A stretch of DNA of 48,801 bases, from contig NC_083409.1 of the NCBI RefSeq assembly GCF_020745735.1, positions 11,286,820-11,335,620 of the forward strand. Direction: 5' to 3'. Position numbers and translations under genes: made by a program. Shown one piece after another: positions 22,790 through 35,063 of this stretch. The stretch comes from Hemiscyllium ocellatum (Eukaryota). Below the pieces are notes generated by a model that saw only the letters and a list, made by a program, of their open reading frames with translations, was not told where the DNA came from and did no database searches. The first letter of the stretch is position 1. Every line of letters begins with the position of its first letter.

Positions 22790-23430
22790 AAAATAAATTC
22801 ATATAAATGGAGAGGCTGAGCTCAGCAGGTAATAGTGAAGGCAAAGTGCTGTTGGTCTTTATTTCAAAGGGAGCAGTGTGTATAAATAGAGAGGTCTTGC
22901 TAAAATTATACCTAAAATCAAACCTAAAGTACCATGAAGAGTTTGATCCCCTTATCTGAGGAAAAATATACTGGTATTTGAGATAATCCAGTAAAAGTTC
23001 ACTGTTAATTCTGTGGATGGAGGGATTTTCTTATGACAGGTTGAATAAGTTAGTCTCGTATTGATTGGAGTTTAAAAGAATGAGAGGGAACCTGATTGAA
23101 ACATAAGGAATTTTTAAAAGACTTGACAATGTAGATGCTGAGAGAATGTTTCACCTTTGTGATAAAGTCTAGGGCCAGAGGGCATAAACTCAGAGTAAGG
23201 GGTCGCTCATTTGAAACCAGTTAGGAGGAGTTCCTTCTCAGGGTAGTGAATCTGTGGAATTCTTTACCACAAGATTGTCAGGGCTGGGAAGCTAAACATA
23301 TTCAAAGCTAAAATTAATTTTTGTTCAGTAAGAAAATAGAAGGTAATGTGAATAGGCAGGAAAGTGGAGTTGCAGATTATCAGATAACCCATAAGCTTAC
23401 TGAAAGGTGAAGTGAACTTGGGCTGAATGG
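22790..23430 (+). mobile_element. Decayed CR1 LINE 3' fragment
   Basis: Characteristic CR1 3' sequence (agaatgagagggaacctgattgaaacata, gtagtgaatctgtggaattctttaccac). Confidence 0.6.
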
Positions 23431-23437
23431 TCTGTTT

Positions 23438-23973
23438 CAGAGGTGGGGAACCTTTTCATGTTGGAAGGCCACATGATGTTAGTTGTAATCTAATAAGGCC
23501 TCATCCAAGAGACTTCCATTGTATAAATGGTGATACTGTTAAACTGTGTAACTATTCTCAAATTTCACTTCAAATGGAAAGCCACGTGCACTGTTGTCAT
23601 CAGTTGATAAAACTGGTGTACTGGATACACACAGGCTCTCGCCAACCAGCGTCAGGCAGAAGTGGCTCCAGTCAGGCAGGGAAGATAACATACATTCTAG
23701 AGTCACATTATAACTAAATCATGAGCATAGCAGGTGTCGAAATAGCCCTTATTACTTACCAATTTTTTAATTGTGGCGTTCAGTTTGTGAGGTTTATTTT
23801 GCTGAATTTTCTTTTACTCTCTGGTATTTTAAATACATTCATGTTAAAATTAAAATAAAATAATAAAGGATGAAAAAAAATGATAAAAACATAAAAGGTT
23901 TGTTCTGCAAAATTTGGATTCATTCAAAAGGCCACGCACAATGGCCTGGAAGGCCGCAGATTCCCCACCCCTG
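23438..23973. mobile_element. hAT-superfamily non-autonomous element (MITE)
   Basis: TIRs cagaggtggggaac / attccccacccctg; perfect 8-bp TSD gtctgttt at 23430-23437 and 23974-23981. Confidence 0.88.
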
Positions 23974-25039
23974 GTCTGTTTATTCTATGTCTTATTATCT
24001 TTTGGTCATTCATGACACAAGTATCGCAAGCGTAGCAGCATGTATAGTGTTTCGTAATGTGGTGAGTTTTGAATTGCAGTCAGAGTGAACTTTGCAGATG
24101 TTTGACCCAGTGACAGTGAAGGAATGTCTTTATAATTCCAAGTTTCGATGGTATACGGTTTGGAGGGAAGCTCCAATATACTTGTTATCTTTGCTTTCAT
24201 AGGTGGAGGTCAGGAGTTTAGATAGTGTTGAGACACAAGCCTTGATAGGTTACTGAACTGCTGGCATTGTGCAACAGTGACTGAGGAATATTAAAGGCTG
24301 TATATTAGTTGCCATTCACCCTGGCTACATTGTCCTTGATTTCAACTTCTTGAAATGTTTTTTGTAATAATTCCTGTTTTTCTGCAGGCAATACATCTCA
24401 AAAACAATCACATTTGTTTCAACAAAATGGAGTAGACAATATATTCTGGTCCAAGGAAGGATTGGACTTATTGGCAATGATCTGAATTTGTATCTGGAAT
24501 TTTAATGGATTCGTTTTTTAAGAATATTGTGTGTTTTACTTATTTGTGGAAGTTTTCAGCAAGTGCATTGCACATTATCAAAATGTGAGCAGAGTTTTCA
24601 GAGCAGATTGTAGGATGTGGGTTGGACTGAAGCTTTCTCAGTGAGAGGAAAGTATTAATAGAAAAACTATTTTTTTCAGTTTTCAAACAAACAGGGGAAA
24701 ACCTCAAAGAAGGGCTATGTAATTGGAAGAGCATTGAGTTGCCAGTGTGGCAGAGGATTTACTGTACTCAGTGCCTTTTTCCTCAAGCTGCATTCATCCA
24801 GACATCCTGATGTGTAAACAAAACAGAAATTTCTTAAACTCTAGCAGGTCTGGCAGCATCTGTGGAGAGAAAGCAGAGTTAATCCCTTCTGAAGCATCCT
24901 GACTTGTACTTTTTGCATCAGACTTCGCCAAGTCAGGAGGTAAATTACTTCACGCAGAGTTTCCAGCCTCTGATGTTATCCTGTAAACTTTGTTTATTTG
25001 GCTAATCCAGTTCCATTTCTGGTAAATGGTGACATCCTC

Positions 25040-26200
25040 CAGGATAGTGTTAGTGGGATTCAATTATGTAATGTTGTGAATGATGAGGGGAGATGACTGG
25101 ATCCTCTGTTTTGGTCAGTGTCTGGCACTGTTTGTCACCAATGATATTTCCAACCTATCAGCCCAAGACTTCTCGAATGTTGTTCAGGTTTTACTGATAG
25201 TGACTCGGAATACAGCTGAGGAATTATGAATGGGATTCAACAGTGTGAGTCATGAAGCATCCTCATTTCTGACCTTATGGAGAAAAGGACTCTGAAGATG
25301 ATTGGATCTTGGACAATGCCCTGGGACTGAGGTGTTTGAACCTGTAACAGACGCAACTATTTCCTAATTCCATTGGCTTCAATTTTTCTAACACTCTTTG
25401 ATACAATACTTCATCAAAAGCTCCCTTAAAGTCAGCCCAATTATTGGATGTAATGAGGATTGGAGCTGAATGGTTCTGACAGAAGCCAAACTGGGCATCA
25501 GTCAGCGTTTTATTGAGGAATGTATTTCTTAATTGCATTGTTAATGATGACCAACCATTTTGCTGAAGATTAAGCAGAGACAGATGGAGCAACGTTTGAA
25601 TAGTTTGGACATTCCTCCATTTTGAGGGCAGGATTTACCTGGGTAAATTTACACATTGTTAGTAGTTGTCAGTGTTGTTGCTGCATTTAAACATATTGCC
25701 AAGAGATATGACTGGTTCTGGAGCACAAGCCACCAATCCTATAGTTAATATGTTTTCAAGCCTTATTGCAATTGCTGTGTCCTCTTATCCCTTCATAAGT
25801 ATCAGAGAAGGATGGAGTTAAGTGGTTATTTTCCCATTGGTTTTGGTACTACCTGCTGCAGATCAAGTCTACCAAATTTGCCCTTTAGGATTGCACCAAC
25901 CTGGCCATTAGTGCTGCTATGAATGTATATTTGGTGATGAAAATTGAAGTCATGCACTTAGAGTACATTCTGAGCCCTTGCCACCCTCACTACTTCCTCA
26001 AAGTGGCTTTCAACATGGAATACTGATTCACCAGTTAGGGGGTGGCGGGAATCAGCAGGAAGTTGTCCATGGTTGACCAGATGCCCTCAGACTTTATAGA
26101 ATCTGAAGTCAATATTGAAGTCTCCCAGAGCAACTCACTCCCAATTGTATGATACTGCCACTACCTCTGCTGAGTCTATCCTGCTAAGGAGGAGTGTGCA
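25040..26200 (-). mobile_element. Decayed CR1 LINE (EN and RT fragments)
   Basis: ORF 25275-25592(-) with QFGFCQNHSAP and DFKGAFDEV; LGDFN EN motif near 26110-26130(-). Confidence 0.7.
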
Positions 26201-26782
26201 ACATTGTCTGTAAATTGGGTGTGACTATGTCAGGCTGAAATTTGAGTGTTCTGTGGGGCAATTAGACACAATCCCTGACTATGAGTAAGGAGAACTTTGC
26301 AGAGTCATCAGGGCTGGATATATTGCTGTTAATTCTGGTTCCTTGATTATTATTAGATTAGATTACAGTATGGAAACAGGCCCTTTGGCCAAACAAGTCC
26401 ACACCGACCCGCAGAAGCGAAACCCACCCATACCCCGACCCCTACATTTACCCCTTACCTAGCACTACGGGCAATTTAGCATGGCCAATTCACCTGACCC
26501 GCACATCTTTGGACTGTGGGAGGAAACTGGAGCACCCGGAGGAAACCCACGCAGACACGGGGAGAACGTGCAAACTCCACACAGTCAGTCGCCTGAGTCG
26601 GGAATTGAACCCGGGTCTCAGGCGCTGTGAGGCAGCAGTGCTAACCACTGTGCCACCGTGCCGCCCACGTACCCTTAGCAGGGTAGACTCAGCAGAGGTA
26701 GTGGCAGTATCATACAATTGGGAGTGAGTTGCTCTGGGAGACTTCAATATTGACTTCAGATTCCATAAAGTCTGAGGGCATC
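26080..26782. repeat. 110-bp inverted repeat bracketing the SINE (26080-26189 / 26673-26782)
   Basis: The arms differ at 2 positions by my comparison. Confidence 0.9.
26354..26666 (-). mobile_element. HE1-type V-SINE, near full length
   Basis: tRNA-derived head gggcggcacggtggcacagtggttagc...ggttcaattcccg, V-domain core (gtgtggagtttgcacgttctccccgtgtctgcgtggg), tail ending in (tctaa)n. Confidence 0.88.
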
Positions 26783-27531
26783 AGGTTATCACATGGTGTG
26801 TTTGGTTTTATTATTTACCTTCCCCAGCAGTTTATGGAAGAACTAGGTGGCTTACTTGGCTACTTCAGACTGAAGAGCCAACCATGTTGTTGTGGGCTTG
26901 GAGACATATGGAGACCAGAACGGGTGGGGAAGACAGATGTTCTTACATAAGGGATGGCAGAGTTTTCAAAGTGGTGGCCCTGGGAAAGTGCTTGGTATTG
27001 CCAGGGGCATATGGGTGTTTTTAGTATTCATGGGATACCTTTTGGAAAATTTATTATTTCCTGTCTGTTTTCTGGAATGTTTTCAGTGTTGCTGGGGTGT
27101 CAGCATTTTAAAAATGTCCCTGAGAATGTGTTGGTATTTGGTATTTACATGGGCTCTCATGGAGGGTTTCAGCATTTATTGAGGCTCCCTGGCAGCGTGC
27201 TTTTAGAATCTTCATCCATGTGTTTGAATGTTTATTCAAATAGATGGGAATAACTATTTGTAAAAATGGAATCATAGCAGATGAAAGAAATTTAAAATTC
27301 TCCATGACATTTTTCATTTTCCCAAACTATATTTGTTCACTTTGCATTGAATCAACACTCTTGTGTAAATTAGATCAAGATTCTTTTAAGCGATGTTTAT
27401 TTCAGATATTTCTGGAAGTTTCCAAAGATGTCATCTTTGTTCCTAGACTTGAGTAAGGGTTGTGGTTTTTGTCCTAGTACCTAGTAGAATTTATGATAGT
27501 GGAGGTGCTGGTGTTGCACTGGGGTGGACAA

Positions 27532-27759
27532 AGTTAAAAATCACACAACACCAGGTTGGAGTCCAGCAGGTTTACTTGGAAGTACTGTACTAGCTTTCAG
27601 AGTGCTTCTCCTTCATCAGGTGGTTGTCAAGCAGGATCATAAAACAAAGGATGTTATGATCCTGGTCCACAGCTACCTGATGAAGGAGCAGCACTCTGAA
27701 AACTAGTGCTTCCAAATAAACCTTTTGGACTATAACCTGGTGTTGTGTGTTTTTTAACT
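27532..27759. mobile_element. Fold-back Penelope-derived non-autonomous element with two antiparallel hammerhead motifs
   Basis: Arms ~27532-27625 and ~27670-27759; inner IR caggatcataa/ttatgatcctg; cores CTGATGA-a-GGAG..CTCT-GAAA at 27591-27620(-) and 27677-27706(+). Confidence 0.8.
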
Positions 27760-28881
27760 CTGTAGAATTTCAGCAATGTTTGGAGAGGAGTATCTGTTGG
27801 TTGTAGTGTACTGATGGTGTTTCGCCTCTGGTTTTCTTCAGTTTCTTCCTGTCAACTGATGTAAATTTCAGTCTCAGCAGTCTACTGGTTTCCTCATTCT
27901 GTTGCAGTATTTAGAGTTCTCAGACATGTGCAGTTTTGGCGCGGTTTCACTTAACAGGCAATCATCCCGATAACATGAGCCACCTTTTTGAACAGCAGTG
28001 GGCCTTGTAATGGTGGTAGGTGATTTGAGATTAAATAGAGCTACCAGTGATGAAGGAGCAAGTCAGAAAGCGTGTGTGGAGGTGATGTGCCTAAGGTGCT
28101 GACTCATTTGTAGTGTCAGAAGTATCTTCGAAGTTTTCAAGTTGGCAGGGTTAGTGTTTGAAAATGTCAGACGGTATCTGAACCCAGAAGTATCTAGAAA
28201 ATGAAATGTGCCATCATAACCTTTTTAATGTAGAAAGATGATTATTCCTGTAAGGTGTTGACCCTGACCTCAATTTCTTTTTCTTGGAATGGAAATTTAT
28301 TTTCTCAATTTTCTTCCCTGTTCTCCCTATTCTGACTGAGAATTTGGCCAAGTAATCACTTTCTTTTTCTGAACCTTTATCATGTGTTGCCTGGCAAATT
28401 AGAGAAGGAATCAGAGGGCTGATCCATCCCACATGAGTGCACTTGGCAAAGGGGAATCACTGGATGGATTTTCTTCCCTTTTCTGCCGAAGTTGAAGCCG
28501 TTCCCTACAGCTTGGAGATTGATCAGTTGCAGAACACTTCAGCTCGGTGGTGTGTAATCGTATAATCGTATAACAGGGCCTGTGTCTGTTGTCTGGTATT
28601 GATCTGTGCAACTTCAGAAAAGAAAAGAAAACTTGTTTTAAATGGCACCGTTTACAATCATGGAAATTTCTTTATGTGACTTACAACCAGTGAACACTTT
28701 GTAGTTTATGAAATAGCAAATACAAAATACAATTTGAGCATATTAGGTTCATCAAAATAGCAAATTGTTGAATAGGATAGTCTGTTGAAATAAACATTGA
28801 CCAGAATGCTGAGGTCTTCTGCATCCGTCTCATCTGAAGGACACCATCAGTAAAATAGTGCAGTACACCCTCAGTACAGTA

Positions 28882-29101
28882 CAGGTCATTCTGCTATAAC
28901 TTGTATTTCGTTAACACAAATTTGCTATAACACGATCGACAAATTGGGGACATTGTTTCTAAAGCACGAACTCTGAAAACGTGTGTTGGCTGTAACCTGA
29001 TTACATCGCGAAGACTTTAAGTGCTGTTTCTAAAATGTGATTTTCCGATATCATGGGGGTTGGACAGCAATGCAACCATTATGTTATAGAAGAACTACCT
29101 G
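28882..29101. mobile_element. Tc1/mariner-pogo-like MITE
   Basis: TIRs caggtcattctgctataac / gttatagaagaactacctg (15/19 match); TA on the left flank. Confidence 0.65.
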
Positions 29102-29499
29102 GAGTGAAATGTCTGCCTGAGAGATCTGCTCAAATCTCTGGTGGGATTTGAACCGACAATCTGCTGTCTCAGGCTACACAACTGCTATCTGGTCAGTGAC
29201 GGACCTTTCCTGCTCTTAAAATAAGTGGCACAGTTGTGATGAAATACCCTTTTGGTGTGGTGTGCACATTATATCATATTGCTCCCATTCTGATCCTCTT
29301 TATTTGTCTAAATCAATAGAGAACCAACTAATTTCCTGAATTATCAACCCTTCCACATATTCTCATGTCAATAACTTTTATTCATTGCCCTGAAGGCCTC
29401 AATTGAAAGAGAACAGCGAAAGACCAAGCAGATGATCAGACTTTATTGTTTAAAATATTAAATCTCTTTGATTTATAGGATATTTGATTAAGCTACATG

Positions 29500-29659
29500 C
29501 AGAAGAGCCTCGATTATCTGGCATTCGATTATCTGAATTTCGGATTATCCAAAGTAGATCGTAAGATCCCGATGCTTGGCTAAACTGTATTACCCAGCAT
29601 TCAATTATCCAAACAAAACACTCCTTACCCATGTCGCTCGGGTAATCGAGGTTCCTCTG
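29500..29659. mobile_element. Tigger/pogo-like MITE
   Basis: TIRs cagaagagcctcgattatc / ggtaatcgaggttcctctg; TA on the right flank; internal gattatc repeats. Confidence 0.7.
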
Positions 29660-31609
29660 TAAATTGTTCCATTGTTTTAATGTTGTGCTTCCTTGTGAAT
29701 CTACATTATTACCTGAAAAGCACATGGCTGTTCTGGGTTGTGTTTAATTGTTTGCAGTGAACAGTACGTTCACAACAACATCAAGTGTCCCAAACTAATC
29801 GTCATCAAATTGATTTACCTTTCTCCCTCAGTTATTTTTTTAAAAATTGGAACTACCATTAAACCTTCAGAGTAGTCACAGCATATAACCGTGTGTCAGC
29901 TCTTTTCCAGTTCCTGATGAGAAACATCTCTGCCATGACACTAGCCAACCTCTAACTTTACAGTCACTTTCAAATAAATGTTTGTTCGAACCATTCTTTG
30001 TTTCTGTATCAAAGGCATTTGCTGTAACAGGCAATAATATTTGAAGTGCTCATTTATCCACCATTTTCCAAGGGTGGGTGGTGGAGGCTTTCCTTGGCTA
30101 ATTCTCTTTATTTTCACCATATAAGGGAAGTTGACCTGCCAGACACAAATTGGGCATTTGTGTCTGAGCATAAGTTGGACTTTCTCTGCAGATTGCAGCT
30201 GCAGTAAAATATCCCTATTGTGACCTTTTACCAACTGCTGTAGTTGCTTTATCAAACTCCCTGTTTGGTTATGTATATCTCATGTTCGGAAAAGGTTTCC
30301 ATGCTGTGGCTGTCTGTGACTATTGGACTCTTTGTGACACTTTGTGACAATCTATTTCTCTCTGTGACTCTCTGTGACTCTGTCTCAATCAGAATGACAA
30401 ATGTTACAATGTATTTATTGCACATTTCTGATAAATAATTTGTCTTGTGGAAAGGGAAGATGCATTTAACGTGAGGTGAACTGATAGAGTTGTGAAAAGA
30501 GGTCTGTAATGTAAGAAAAAAATGTCAATCACGGTTTAATTTTACTAATGTCAGTAAATGACTATTAACCATTAATTTACAGAAATGGAACATTTACATT
30601 GCGAGAAGGAAGAGAGGCGAGATAATGTAGGGACCAGGAAATGGGACTTGGCCAGATTAGCAGTTGTTTAATGAATGGTAGAGTCTCAGAAAAACAACCA
30701 AATATTTGCAGGGGCCAATATTTGGCCAAAGGACTGTTATAAAGAAAGAAATACTTACATCTAAATAGTGAGTTTTGTGGTTCTGGGGCATCTCAAAATA
30801 GCTCTCTGCCAATGAACTACTTTTTGAATTCTGGTCATTGTTCCAAGGGAGGTATTATGATGTCATAGTTCCAATTGTTCTGGCATAATAGCCACTTGGT
30901 GATCATGATAATCTGGATAATCAGATTCCCAGCAAAAACTTGGTTGAATATACAGCACAGACACCAAAAGAGCTGCTGGAAATCTGAAACAAAAGCAGAA
31001 ATTGCTAGAAAAGCTCAGCAGGTCTGGCAGCATCTTTGGATAGAAATCCGTGAACATTTCTGATTCAGTGACCTTTGTGGTTATGGGACATCTCAAAATG
31101 GCTCTCTGTGAATGAGGTATTTTTTGAATTCTGGTCATTGTTCCAAGGTAGGTATTATGATGCCATGGCTCAAATTGTTATGGCAAAATAACCGGGGAAC
31201 AAGGGCTTGGGCTTCTGCTGATGGTTACTGACATTATTTGATTTTGGTTCTGGTGTATACACATACAGATGCTCCTAGTTTGAACCTACTACTTACTACT
31301 TGCACATTCTTCACTGAAGCTACATTATCTCTCAGGACTGGAGAACATCCCACACTGGTGAGGGATTTGATGCTCGATGTTGGTATACCAAGCAGAATTC
31401 AATTGTTTATACAAAATGCTGTATTTTATTATCATTAAATAATGTCTACTTAATTTTACTTTTTTTGACCAAATGTCGTAATGCAAATAAACATTGAAAA
31501 TCCAAATCCAAAATAAATATTTGAGTTTCTGATTGCAAGCTTGGAATGTAATCTAAGCTGAATCTGAAAATCTGTGTTGTTGATTATCTTTGCTTTGCTT
31601 TTGTTTTAG

Positions 31610-31695
31610 GTGAGCTGACAAGATGTGGAGTAGAACATCTAACAAGTCAGTCCTACTAAATCAGAGACTGAAAAAGAGTCGAAGTACGAGGCAAG
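31610..31695 (+). CDS. CEP350: CEP350 first coding exon, copy 1 (ATG at 31623; MWSRTSNKSVLLNQRLKKSRSTRQ, ends phase 1)
   Basis: tttttag acceptor, 13-nt UTR, 73 coding nt, G|gtacag donor; assigned by position and size upstream of the clear CEP350 exons. Confidence 0.65.
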
Positions 31696-32692
31696 GTACA
31701 GTGGTGCTGATTTGCAAACTACTCCAGTTAGTTGTAGTGCCTTCAATCACTGTTGTGGTGACTATTGGGTTCAGTCATCAATACTATGTGGCAGATTAGA
31801 GATAATTTGATCCTATCGCCAAAGGACCGTTATAAAGAAAGAAATATTTACATTTAAATTGGGAGTTTTGTGGTTATGGGACATCTCAAAATGGCTCTCT
31901 GCCAATGAAGTATTTTTTGAATTCTGGTCATTGTTACAAGGGAGGTATTATGATGTCGGGCTCCGATTGTTATGACATAATAACCAGTTGATGTTAGTAC
32001 TGGATAATCAGATCCCCAGCAAAACCTTGATTGAATATACAGCACAAAAACCAAAAGAACTGCTGGAAATCTGAAACAAAAAAAAAATTGCTGGAAAGCT
32101 CAGTAGGTCTGGCAGCATCTGTGAAGAGAAATCCTTTAACATTTCTGGTTCAGTGATCTTTGTTATTATGGGACAGCACAAAATGGCTCTCTACGAGTGA
32201 GGTATTTTTTAAAATTCTGGTCATTGTTCCAAAGGAGTATTATGATGTTGCGTGTTGTGGCTCCAATTGTTATGTAATAAAAGCCAGGAGAACACGGGCT
32301 TGGGCTTCTGTTGATGCTTACTGACATTATTTGATTGTGGTTCTGGTGTATACACACACAGATGCTCTAGTTTGAACTTACTACATAATTCTTTTACATT
32401 CCTCACTGAAGCTAATTTATCGCTCAGGACTGGAGAACGTCCCACACTGGTGAAGGATTTGATTGTGCTGTAAGGCTCAACATTGGTATACAAAGCAGAT
32501 TTCAATTGTTTATTCAAAATGTTGTATTTCATTATCATTAAATAATGTCGACTTAATATTGCTGCTTTTGACCAAATTGAAAATCCAAATCCAAAATAAG
32601 TATTCGAGTTTCTGATTGCAAGCTTGTAATGTAGTCTAATCTGAATCTGAAAATCTGTGTTGTTGATTATCTTTGCTTTGCTTTTGTTTTAG

Positions 32693-32778
32693 GTGAGCTG
32701 ACAAGTTGTGGAGTCAAACATCTAACAAGTCAGTCCTACTAAATCAGAGACTGATAAAGATTCAAAATACGAGGCAAG
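32693..32778 (+). pseudogene. CEP350: CEP350 first coding exon, copy 2 (ATG changed to TTG at 32706)
   Basis: Same splice sites as copy 1; start codon lost. Confidence 0.65.
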
Positions 32779-34421
32779 GTACAGTGGTGCTGATTTGCAA
32801 ACCATTCCAGTTAGTTGTAGTGCCTTCAATCACTGTTGTGGTGACTATTGGGTCGAGTCATCAATGCTGTGTGGCGGATTAGAGATCATTTGATCCTAAG
32901 GCCAATGGACTGTCATAGAGAAAGAAATATTTACATTTAAATCGGGAGTTTTGTGGTTATGGGACATCTCAAAATGGCTCTCTACCAATGAAGTATTTTT
33001 TGAATTCTGGTCATTGTTACAAGGAAGGTATTATGATGTCGGGCTCCGATTGTTATGACATAATAACCAGTTGATGTTAGTACTGGATAATCAGATCCCC
33101 AGCAAAACCTTGATTGAATATACAGCACAAAAATCAAAAGAACTGCTGGAAATCTGAAACAAAAAAAAAATTGCTGGAAAGGGTCAGAAGGTCTGGCAGC
33201 ATCTATGGAGAGAAATCCGTAATCATTTATGGTTCAGCGATCCTTCCTCTGAACACTGCAACAATAACTCTTATTTCTCTCCATGTTGTGAGGAAGAGTC
33301 ACTGCTCCTGAAATGTTAACTGATTTCTCTCTACAGATGCTGCCAGACCTACTAAGCCTTTCCCGCCATGTCTGTTTGAAGATACAGTAAATGTTTTATT
33401 AACTGTCACCAATGGGACCAGGAGTGCTGGTTGATCAAATATTCCAGTGTCAAACAGACTGACATAATCAATGCTTAGTAATAGAAACCTAATGCAGGGG
33501 TATACACATCACTTTATTTGTCGTATAACTCACTGAAACAAGCATGCACATTTGCCTTAAATAAAACTTAATGGCAGAGTGCCTTCTCACTTGCAGCCTC
33601 AACTGACGACTCTGACACCATGAAAATGCGGTGACCTTCGAGTATTTCAGGTGTATAATTTTTGTTGGTTTATTAAGAGCAACAGTTCATAAAGTGCTGT
33701 CCCATGATTGTTTTTGGCTGCCTGGTTGAATTACTAGCACATATTGCAGTTCACCATCTACATTGCACAATTCAGTAGTGTGATGGAATACTTTCAACTT
33801 GCCTGGATGAGTGCAGATCTAGTAATACTGAAGAAGCTTGACACTATTTGGGACAGAACAGCTGAGGGCTAACACCACATGCACAAACCTGCACTTCCTC
33901 CACCTTCAACACTCAGCACCAATCTGTACCATTTGCTTAATACACTTACAGAAGCTCTCTAAGACTGACAGGGTGGCACCTACCAAAACCATTCCAAAAC
34001 GTTAATTCCATGCTGTACATTTCTACACATTCTATCTTCTGCATCATCGCCCTGCTCGCTTATCACCCTCTTGTTACTTAATTTCATTCTCTGCCTTAAC
34101 CCAGTCCTTCAGTTTCAAAGTTCCTATGGACAGATTTGTTTGTGGCTCCCGTTTACTTTTCCAACTCTTTTCTGCCCTGCCCTCCTCCATATCTCAGGTC
34201 ATTCTGTCTGCTGAACATTTTAGCTCCATACTTCCCAGTCTCACCCTGACATTTCCTGCTTCTTAGCTTCCAGTTTCCCTCAAAATATATGTTTGACACC
34301 CTGCATGTTTTCTAGTTCCCCTTTGATTCCTGCCTGGCTCTATCCTAAGAGTTTTTACTGCAGGAAACATACTATTTTAACTTGCATTGTGTTTGATTCA
34401 TTATTTTTCTTTCATCCCAAG

Positions 34422-34536
34422 TTGCGGCACATAGAAAACAGGCTTGAAGCTGTACCCACCACTACTGCAGTGACAGACACAGTGATGGATACTAAGAAAG
34501 CTTTGAGCAGTGCTACCCGAAAAATTAGCGGACTGG
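34422..34536 (+). CDS. CEP350: CEP350 exon LRHIENRLEAVPTTTAVTDTVMDTKKALSSATRKISGL (phase 0 to 1)
   Basis: Matches recalled human LRHIENKLEVAPTSTAVCDSVMDTKK; AG/GTAAGT boundaries. Confidence 0.9.
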
Positions 34537-35063
34537 GTAAGTGGAAGGAATACAAAATGAATTGTTCATGGGAATTAGATCAACAGTTACTCTTGACCTC
34601 AGGCTGGCCATTGTTAATCAGATAAAAGTAATAACCCTGGTGAAATTAAGTTAAGTGGTCGAGGGTCATGCACTGACATTTTGCAGTGTTTTGAAAGCAT
34701 TTGCAACAGAGACTGAGCCTATGGAATCTTTTCCTTCTCTCTAATTTATGGAGCTTCATTGGTAAGGCTTAGCAGGCAAAGTCAACCCTCCATTCCCTTC
34801 CTGAAGTGGTCATCTCCCGCTTCCATCTGTGTCAACACCTGTTGCCCATTGCAGATTCCCCCCAAATGTCTGGTTTATCACTTTGTGCTGGTCCACAGAA
34901 TTTGAGGGGGTGGGCGAGAAGAATTACCTTACCTTCTATCTCTTCTATATTCTGACAGCAACAGTTTAAGAGAAACTTGTGCTTACTAACCAATCCCATT
35001 GATTGTGATAATGGAATGCATGCTCCTTTTTTACTTCTTAAACTTTGTTTCTATTTCTATCAG

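Larger units (their letters stand above)
30720..33230 (+). repeat. Tandem duplication, ~1.09-kb unit, ~2.3 copies, containing the CEP350 first coding exon
   Basis: Exon copies 1083 bp apart; a ~90-bp motif (tgtggttatgggacatctcaaaatggctctct...ttctggtcattgtt) recurs five times (~30775, 31075, 31870, 32160, 32950). Confidence 0.92.

Noticed and set aside
24378-24780. Two acceptor-preceded short open frames (NTSQKQSHLF...; FSNKQGKTSKK...FYCTQC)
   Set aside because: No recognisable homology or consistent donors; compatible with chance.
26600-26666. tRNA-like sequence
   Set aside because: It is the head of an HE1 SINE, not a tRNA gene.
33587-33650. Candidate for the missing CEP350 micro-exon (ttgcag...gcg|gtga)
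   Set aside because: It has stops in the required frame or the wrong end phase, and no similarity to the expected peptide.
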